From Chiloscyllium plagiosum (lineage: Eukaryota): a stretch of 32,133 bases of DNA. The translations under genes were made by a program, and so were the position numbers. The stretch spans positions 1-32,133 of the forward strand of contig NW_025213339.1 in NCBI RefSeq assembly GCF_004010195.1, given 5' to 3'. Shown one piece after another: positions 24,037 through 32,133 of this stretch (position 1 is its first letter; every line of letters begins with the position of its first letter). The notes beneath the pieces are model-generated. The model was not told the DNA's origin, did not search any database, and saw nothing but the letters and a program-made list of their open reading frames with translations.

Positions 24037-24858
24037 GTAAATGGCCTTGCCATTACCTGTACATGGGACCTCACTGAATACAATATGGCTGGAATATTTC
24101 CTAAACTACAACATGTATCTATTTAGTGAGAGCGAATCTCTTTACTGCAATCTAAATGACAATTTTGGACTTGGAGATTCAATCTATTTAAAAATTTGAA
24201 CATTTTAGAAAGACCTCTGGGTATGATAAATCATCAGATGAGTGTGAGTTCTTCCTTTAAGGTCATCAACCCAATAATGGACTTAATTAAAAAATCATAT
24301 GAATTCAATGTAAAAATTAACTGCACACACATAATGGATTTTTAGAACTAGTTCCATGTGTTTTAAAATTAATCACCTAATTAAATAAAATGGCAGTGGA
24401 ATCTAGCTGTGTGCTACAGAAATCTACAATTCCAGAGGTGCACTACACTTTGATATTTAAATGCAGCAACGTGTTAATATTCTTTCTCCAACAGTGACAA
24501 GAAAAGCTCAATGGGTCCCATTGAGTCATGTGCTCTGTTTATTTAGCAAACTCAGATACAAAGTATCTTACATAAACAATAGCGTTGGGATCCTTCATTG
24601 AAATAGGAGAGTTGTCTCAGCAGTGCTCCTTTTCATGGACAATATGATCATAGGGAAGTCCAAAACAAAGCAAGTCGATGGAGATGATTGCCTAGTGGTA
24701 TTATTGTTCAACTATTAACCTAGGTAATGTTCTGAGGATCAGAGTTCAAATCCTGCAATGGCAGATGGTGGAACTTGAATTCAAGGAAACCATGAAACCA
24801 TTGTCAATTGCTGGAAATACCAATCTAGTTCACAAAGGCACTTAAATGAAGGAAACTA

Positions 24859-25020
24859 ATGTCCAACAATCTCTCCATCAATGTCAGCAAAGCGAAGGAG
24901 CTGGTTATTGACTTCAGGAAGCAGAGTGGAGGGCATGCCCTGTTCTACATCAATGGTGTTGAGGTGGAGATGGTCAAGCGCATCAACAACAATGTGTCCT
25001 GGTCTACCCATGTCGAACAC
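24859..25020 (+). mobile_element. Rex1/Babar LINE internal fragment
   Basis: NNLSINVSKAKELVIDFRKQSGGHALFYINGVEVEMV...NNVSWSTH is the post-FADD motif NLxLNVxKTKELIxDFR. Homologous to 26636-26735. Confidence 0.85.
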
Positions 25021-25029
25021 AATACCTCT

Positions 25030-25178
25030 ACTGCAAAAAAAACTGCAAGAAATGCAGGTGCTATGAATCAGAATCAGAAACAGAAACAGAAATTGCTGGA
25101 AAAGCTCAGCAGATCTGACAGCATTTGTGAGGAGAAATCAGAGTTAACGTTTTGGATCTAGTGACTCTTCCTCTGAAC
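25030..25178 (-). mobile_element. Penelope-like terminal fragment with degenerate hammerhead motif
   Basis: aattgctggaaaagctcagcagatctgacagcatttgtgaggagaaatcagagttaacgttt. The minus strand reads GGUU-CAGAGGA-A-GAGUC-ACUA-GAUCC-AAAA-CGUU-AACU. Confidence 0.7.
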
Positions 25179-26494
25179 CTAGATGCAATTTCCGATCCGC
25201 AGCAATGTGGTTGACTTTTAACTGTGGTCTGGACAATTAGGATGGACAATAAGTGCTGGTCTAGTCAATGACAGCCACATACTGAATAAATAAAAGCAAA
25301 AGAACAATAGTTTGATCTGTGCTCCCTATTGAGTGTATAGGTTACACTTCTCATCAGGGTGACAATAAATTAATTTTTCATAAATTATACCAGCTCATCC
25401 AGAAAGTGATAGGACAGAGTGTTGCATTGAATCCTGGTTGATGAAACCTGAATATAAAAACTAATACCTTGCTGATTCTATTTCTTCTTTAGTTGTGTTG
25501 GCATCACAATCTGAGATTGATATTCTGTCAACATTTATATAAGGTAATGCTAAATAAAACACACATGACCCGCTGAGATAGTCGTCCAGAGAATGAAATT
25601 TATATGGAAATAGTCTGGAGATGAGTCTTGATGATTTCAAATGATGGGACTGTCACTATTTCCTTTTGCAACTTGTTGGATTGTGGGATTGCCCTTGGGA
25701 AGAAAGATTGTTAACAATTGGTTTCTGTCACTTGTGTGGATGGCTTGGTGACATTGTGTTATAACCAGATGGTATCGTGTACTTGTTTTTGTCAATTATC
25801 TGCAATCCATTCTATATTTTATCAAATAGGCTCACTTAAGTTGTTTCTTCCTTTGCTGTAGTGATTTTAATTCTAAATCTTTGATTAAGTATTTAACATT
25901 ATTATATTTCCCATTGTGTTTCATACCGTCTATCTGTGGACTGCTTCATATCAGTCAAACTATGAGGATCCTATTCACAACTAGCAATGCCAAAGAGTAC
26001 TGTGCAGAACTCTGTTTGCTGAAGGTATTATTTGTTGAATGTGAAATCATTATTGAAAATTAATTTATTCACAGAATGCAAAATTACAATTGCCTTCTAT
26101 GAAACGTTCCAGTAACTAGCAGTTTCTCCTTATAAGTACTCTCAGTACTTAATTGAACAAGGCACTTTACCTTAATGATGCAATTAACATATCATAAATA
26201 GAAGGACATCATTTAGTTCCATTGTCTACAGGAGCTATCCATTTTAATCCCAGAATGTTGCTCTTTACCAAATCCTGCAAATTATTTCCTCTTGAATCTG
26301 TTTCCTCAACAACTTCAGGTGATGTGTCCTAGATCACAACAAATTGCTGTCAAAAGAAATTCTCCTCCCCTCTTCTCTAATTTGCTGCTGACATTGGATT
26401 GTTTATGAGACTCAAGATTTCAAGTTCTGTTTTTGCTGCAACATTTCTAAAGTTTAAAACTTGATCTCTCCAATGTCATGTGCTCTGATTCATG

Positions 26495-27509
26495 ACTCAT
26501 GACTGTCTGGCCAATTTCCACCCTAACTCCATTTATAAGTTTGCTGATGACACCATCATTGATGGGCGAATCTCAATCAACGATGAGACAAAGTAAAGCA
26601 AAGAGATCGAGTCCTCAGCGGCACAGCATAAAGACAACAATCTCTCCATCAACATCAGCAAAATGAAGGAGCTAATCATTGACTTCAGGAAGTGGAGTGG
26701 GTGGAGCACTCAGTCTGCATCAATGGTGCTGAGATGGATAAGAACCAAAAGAACTGTGACTGCTAGAAATCAGAAACAAAAACAGAAGACGCTGGAAAAG
26801 CTCAGCAGGTCTGGCAGTATCTGTGGAGAGAAATCAGAGTTAATGTTTCGATTCCAGTGATACCCATTGGTGCTGAGGTGAAGTTCCTGGGAGTGACTAT
26901 CGCCAACAATCTGCCATGACTCAAGTTGACACGGCAATCAAGAAAGTACAATGCATCTACTTCCTCAGGACGCTAAGGAAGTTGGGCATGTCCACAAGGA
27001 CTCTTACCAATTTTACAGATGCACTGTAGGAAGCATCCAATCTGGATGGTACGGTAACTGCTCTTCCCTGGACTGCGTGAAACTACAGCGAGTTGTGAAC
27101 ACACCCCAGTCCATCACGTAAACCAGCCTTCCATCCATTGACTCCATCTACACTTTCCATTGCCTCTGGACAGCAAGCAACATCATCAAAGACCCCTCCC
27201 ATCCCGATTATACTTTCTTCTACCTTCTTCTGTCAGGCACCAGATATAAAAAGTTTGAATACATATAAGAACAGATTCAAGAGCAGCTTCTTCCCCACTG
27301 TTATCAGACTTTTGAATGGACCTCTCAAATGTTAATTCTGCTCTCGCGCTCTCTATCTCTCTCTGACGCTTTTTTACGGCTGTAACACTGCATTCTGCAC
27401 TCTGTTCTGCTCCGTTGGCGCACTTTGTATGGTACGATCTGCCTGTGTCGCACACAAAACAGCACTTTTCACTGTATCTTGGTACATGCAACAACAATAA
27501 ATCAGTCAG
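26495..27509 (+). mobile_element. 5'-truncated Rex1/Babar LINE with candidate 8-bp target-site duplication
   Basis: THDCLANFHPNSIYKFADDT (RT catalytic FADD), NNLSINISKMKELIIDFRK, KFLGVTI, YFLRTLRKLGMS and NRFKSSFFPTVIRLLNGP, then a 3' UTR like 23920-24030. TCATGACT occurs at 26490-26497 and 27510-27517. Confidence 0.92.
26740..26862 (-). mobile_element. Penelope-like terminal fragment nested in the Rex copy
   Basis: gctggaaaagctcagcaggtctggcagtatctgtggagagaaatcagagttaatgtttcg is closely similar to 25095-25153. It is flanked by the imperfect direct repeats caatggtgctgagatgga (26721) and cattggtgctgaggtgaa (26865). Confidence 0.75.
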
Positions 27510-27785
27510 TCATGACTATTTCTAAATTTTGGGGAAACAGAACTGTTTAGTTATTTTTCCCATCATAATTCCACTCTGGAACGTGCCATGACTAGTAATG
27601 CTCATATTACATGATTGGCTCCGAATTGGATCCAGCACTTACAAGTGGGATGGACAAATGAACATTTGTTGAAATTCTTAGATCCATCACTATTGCAATG
27701 GAATGCTCACAATTCAGTTTGTTCATTGCCTTACGCATCATATTTCAGTGTGCACAAGAAAGATAAGGAAGATGGTGACTTGTGT

Positions 27786-29367
27786 TAGACAATAGACAAT
27801 AGACAATAGACAATAGGTGCAGGAGTAGGCCATTCAGCCCTTTGAGCCTGCACCGCCATTCAATATGATCATGGCTGATCATTCCTAATCAGTATCCTGT
27901 TCCTGCCTTATCTCCATAACCCTTGATTCCACTATCTTTGAGAGCTCTATCCAACTCCTTCTTAAATGAATCCAGAGACTGGGCCTCCACTGCCCTCTGG
28001 GACAGAGCATTCCACACAGCCACCACTCTTTGGGTGAAGAAGTTTCTCCTGAGCTCTGTCCTAAAAGAGGCTACCCCGTATTTTTAAGCTGTGTCCTCTA
28101 GTTCGGCACTCACCCATCAGTGGAAACATGTTTCCTGCTGCCAGAGTGGCCAATTCTTTCATAATCTTATACATTGCAATCAGATCCCCTCTCAGTCTTC
28201 TAAACTCAAGGGTATACAAGCCCAGTCGCTCCAATCTTTCAACATAAGATANNNNNNNNNNNNNNNNNNNNNNNNNNNNNNNNNNNNNNNNNNNNNNNNN
28301 NNNNNNNNNNNNNNNNNNNNNNNNNNNNNNNNNNNNNNNATGTTATTGCTGTTACCATCTTCTATATCATTAACATATATTGTAAAAAGCTGTGGTCCCA
28401 GCACGGATCCCTGCGGTACCCCACTGGTCACTGCATGCCTTTCCGAAATGGAGCCGTTTATCACTACCTTTTGTTTCCTATTAGCCAACCAATTTTCAGT
28501 CCAATCTAGTACTTTGCCCCCAATACCATGCACCCTAATTTTACTCACTAACCTCCTGTGTGGGACTTTATCAAAAGTTTTCTGAAAGTCCAGGTACACT
28601 ACATCTACTGTATTTCCCTCGTCCAACTTCATAGTTACATCCTCAAAAGGTTCAAGAAGATTAGTCAAGCATGATTTCCCCTTCATAAATCCATGCTGAC
28701 TCTGTCCTATCCTGTTACTACTATCCAGATGTGCCGTAATTTTATCCTTTATAATAGATTCCAGCATTTTTCCCACCATTGAGGTCAGACTAACTGGTCT
28801 ATAATTTCCTGCTTTCTCTCGCCTACCTTTCTTAAAAAGTGGTATAACATTAGCCACCCTCCCATCCTCAGGAACCGACCCCGAATCTATTGAACTCTGG
28901 AAAATAATCACCAACGCATCCACGATTTCCCGAGCTACCTCCTTCAGTACCCTGGGATGCAGGCCATCAGGCCCCGGAGACTTATCAACCTTCAGACCTA
29001 ACAGTCTCTCCAACACCAAATCCTGGCAAATATAAATTCCTTTAAGTTCAGATCCTTCAGCCACTGTTACCTCAGGGAGATTGCTTGTGTCTTCCCAAGT
29101 GAACACAGATCTGAAGTACCCATTTAACTCCTCTGCCATTTCTTTGTTCCTAGTAATATATTCCCCTGTTTCTGTCTTCAAGGGCCCAATTTTTGTCCTA
29201 ACCATTTTTTTGCTTTGTACATACCTAAAAAAGCTTTTACTATCCTCCTTAATATTCTTGGCCAGTTTACCTTCGTACCTCATTTTTCCTCTGCGTATTT
29301 CCTTCTTAGTAATCCTCTGTTGCTCTTTAAAAGCTTCCCAGTCCTCAGTTTTCCCACTTATCTTAGC
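27786..29367 (-). mobile_element. Young 5'-truncated CR1 LINE with stop-free ORF2/RT segment and (TTGTCTA)n 3' tail
   Basis: ORF 28192..29283 contains DKSPGPDGLHPRVLKE, NYRPVSLTS, SQHGFMKGKSCLTNL, VDVVYLDFQKTFDKVPH and SGVPQGSVLGPQLFTIYVND. The tail is (TAGACAA)x4 at 27786-27813 on the plus strand. Confidence 0.97.
28252..28339. other. Assembly gap (88 N) inside the CR1
   Basis: Run of n. Confidence 1.
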
Positions 29368-29461
29368 TGATCTGCTGTTTGAGTAAAGAAATCAGAATCT
29401 ATGACTCCTAATGAGTTGTACTTCTACTACTGGGGATCGAGTAGTGACGTGAGTTACCTGC

Positions 29462-29670
29462 AATAAGATCATAGGAACAGGAGTAGGCAGTTCAGCCTCT
29501 TAACTCTGGTCCACAGTCAATGGAATCATGACTAGTTTGATAACCCTCAATTCCACTTTCCCGCCTTTTTTCTATATCCTTTGATTCCCTCTCAACCTTG
29601 AATATATGGAATGATACAGCCTCACCAGCCACCTGTAGTAAGGTATTCCAGATCCACTACCCACTGAGAG
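29462..29670 (-). mobile_element. Older CR1 3' end fragment
   Basis: ataggaacaggagtaggcagttcagcc...atcatgact...ttgattcc is collinear with the CR1 3' end at 27813-27930. Confidence 0.75.
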
Positions 29671-29709
29671 ACAACTGTTACTTTGAAGGAAATCCGATCA
29701 CTAATACAT

Positions 29710-29935
29710 GAAGTGCAAAGTCCCACAAACAGTGCGTAAGTAATGACTAGAACTCTCAATGATAGATGTGTGTTGAGTAATAATAGTTAATAACTGCAAT
29801 TATTTATTCTTTTTTTTTGAAGAAGTGCTATTTGGTTTTTTGCATCCACTTGGGTTCACCAACGGACATTGTCTAATGACTGCTCTGATGGACAGCATCT
29901 CTGACAGGGAAGGTCTCCCTCTGTAATGCACTGGC
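29710..29935 (-). mobile_element. Decayed DeuSINE-like (SacSINE1/AmnSINE1-type) fragment
   Basis: tcccacaaacag...taatgac and gacagcatctctgacagggaaggtctccctctgtaatgcactgg resemble the reverse complement of the Deu domain as I recall it. Not verified by search. Confidence 0.5.
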
Positions 29936-30684
29936 CGCGTGAGGAGGCTACACATGTCAATCAATCAGTCCCATAAGAGCTGTGGGTAGGCACTGAAGGA
30001 AGGGTGAATGTGCTGTGCACCAGAGGAAAATGCTGATATATGACGGTACCACTTTGAATGTTAAGATTCGTTTTCTGATGACTTTTTGGGATGTGTACTT
30101 CTCATGAGCATTCCCTTAGCTCTACATTTGCTCAAAATATTTATGGGCACTGTATTTATAGACAGACAATTCAAAATTTTTATTAGATACTGATTCCAGA
30201 TGGATGAAGAACATTCATTGCATTTGGAATATAAATGAATCCACTTCTCCCAATGTTGTTACAATAGTGGTAAATATAAATGCTCAAATTATAATATTTA
30301 CATTTGATTGTTGTACCTGAGACCTTTTGAGAACTGAAACCATTTTCAAACAAAGTCAAATTATGACCCCAAATGGCTATCATGACCACCTGACAACAGA
30401 TTGAAGCAAGCTGAGGACTGATATAGAATAAACAAACCATTAAGATTGAAATTTAATCTCATGATATGGAAACCAGAAATCTGAATTAATGTCAAGAAAT
30501 AGGCAACTTCAAGTTTAATTCACACATTAATTATAATTTCACATATTGGGAGATGAAATGCCTTCCTGTCAATCAGAAAGACAATAAAGCAGGACTTGAG
30601 AAATAATCACTGAACTATCTTCCAAGCAGCTCCTTGGCAGTACAACAGAAAGGTAGAAAAAATGATGAGTCATAGAGTTGAAAA

Positions 30685-31145
30685 CCTCTCTCTCCCTCTC
30701 CCTTTTTCTCTTTCTTTCCCCCACCCTTTCTCCCTCCCTCCTCGATTCCCACTCCCTCTCCTTCCGTTCTCCCTCCCCTCCATCCTCCATCTCCCTCTGC
30801 CTCTATCCCACTCCCTCCCTCCCTCTCCCACCCCNNNNNNNNNNNNNNNNNNNNNNNNNNNNNNNNNNNNNNNNNNNNNNNNNNNNNNNNNNNNNNNNNN
30901 NNNNNNNNNNNNNNNNNNNNNNNNNNNNNNNNNNNNNNNNNNNNNNNNNNNNNNNNNNNNNNNNNNNNNNNNNNNNNNNNNNNNNNNNNNNNNNNNNNNN
31001 NNNNNNNNNNNNNNNNNNNCCTTATCTCCCCCACCCATTCCCTCCCTCTCTCCCACCCCAACTCTCTCCCTCCCTGTCTCCCTCCCCCACTTTATCCCTC
31101 CTTCTCTTCCTCTATTTCTCCCTGTCTCCGTCTCTCTCCCTGTTT
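30685..31145. repeat. Pyrimidine-rich (CT/CCT) low-complexity tract containing a gap (30835-31019)
   Basis: Almost purely C/T on the plus strand. Confidence 0.95.
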
Positions 31146-32004
31146 CCTCCATCATCATCGTGAAAACAATGTCTAGCGAAGTAGCAAATTGGGGAAACAG
31201 CCATTCACTGAGAACTGAAAGTTACTTACAACTCCACTGCCTCTGGGGATAAAAATCAACAATGAAACAGCCAAGGTCTCATGTTTTCCAGGGAAAGCAA
31301 ACAGAAATTGGGGGAAAGAGAGTAGAAAGCAGTTCAGTCATCTTTGTTCACAAGAATTGTTGCGTGAGTTCCTGTTGATCAGAAAACTTTCCTTGTCTGA
31401 ATATGGTTTGTAAGAAATACAGAGTGGTTGATTCACCGATAAAATATGTTGACGTTTCAGTTAAAAGTCATCGCTTGCAACAACTGTTGAAGGAAAGACA
31501 AATTGATATTCTTCAGGGTCAAAATAGGTTTTGGCTGCAGAAAATGTTCTCGAGCTGTGGAGCCGGTGGGGATCTGATCACTTCTCTCTGTATCGTGTTT
31601 GTAGCCCCAGCCTGTTCAGTTACCTGAGAACTAATCTCATGGTATTATGACAGGAAATGGGTCTCATCACCAATAAATGATCATTAGTCTATTGACCAAT
31701 CAACTTGTTTTGCCAGAGAAAATCTATCTGAATATGGAACGTCTCAGCTCCAGTACATCTGAAACTAAAGTGTCCATCACGGCTTGGTCAAACGATGCTG
31801 CCAGGGGGGTCAGGGCTTTTGCTTATCAAAACATGCAGCATTTTAAAAAAAAATTTTTTTGAACAGTTCTTTCTCATCTCACCCCACAATTGGAAAAGAA
31901 ATACAGTAAACAAAAAGATATAATCCACTCTTAAGACATAAAATATCATTTCAAAAATGTATTTTATCACAAAACTTATGACACAAACAGCAACTCACAA
32001 GATT

Positions 32005-32133
32005 GTGAGAGAGTTTGTGTGAGAGAGTTTGTGTGTGTGTATGGGTGTGTGTGTGCATGTGTGTGCACGTGCGCGTGTGTGCGTGTTTGTGTGTGCACAT
32101 GCATGTGTGTGTGCACGTCTGTGTGTGTGTTTG
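32005..32133. repeat. Imperfect (GT)n/(GC) microsatellite running off the window end
   Basis: Alternating purine-pyrimidine sequence gtgtgtgt...gcacgtgcgcgtgtgt. Confidence 0.95.

Larger units (their letters stand above)
24683..25295 (+). mobile_element. tRNA-derived SINE split into head (24683-24857) and tail (25180-25295) by nested insertions
   Basis: A-box-like tgcctagtgg (~24689) and B-box-like agttcaaatcc (~24743). The tail cagcaatgtggttgactttta...aataagtgctggtctagtc...gaataaataaaa continues the family also seen inverted at 4520-4830. Confidence 0.7.

Noticed and set aside
24525..24540. gtcatgtgctctg also present at 26475-26487
   Set aside because: A 13-bp match with no convincing extension, compatible with chance.
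25493..25543. Plus-strand 51-nt exon-like segment (ttctatttcttctttag|...AAG|gtaatg; LCWHHNLRLIFCQHLYK)
   Set aside because: The splice signals are good, but there is no recognisable protein and no consistent partner exons. It cannot be distinguished from chance without RNA data.
31225..31300. Minus-strand hydrophobic stretch TLAVSLLIFIPRGSGV ending at gtaagt (leader-exon-like)
   Set aside because: There is no in-frame ATG between it and the upstream stop.

Overview
Non-coding vertebrate genomic DNA from a gapped draft scaffold (4 N-gaps). The repeat content (HE1/V-SINE-like element, DeuSINE-like fragments, CR1, Rex1/Babar and Penelope elements) points to a shark or other cartilaginous fish; this is inferred from remembered repeat families, not from a database search. 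No host gene is recognisable. The window is dominated by a ~10.9 kb tandem array (12534-~23430) of a 27-bp monomer. Its core reads as 125 identical copies of an 81-bp three-monomer higher-order repeat (12534-22658). The right end decays through increasingly diverged monomers directly into the 3' half of a Rex1/Babar-type LINE. The monomer is nine codons of that LINE's ORF2 ('[C/Y]TIE[S/G]ILSG'), so the array is a LINE-derived satellite still attached to its parent element. The three ~3,500-aa ORFs are by-products of a 27-bp unit that is stop-free in three frames, and the perfect core may be inflated by assembly. Other points: decayed Penelope termini that together reconstruct a minimal hammerhead ribozyme, an 872-bp tandem duplication, an inverted templated insertion linking two Rex copies, and a young CR1 with a stop-free RT frame.
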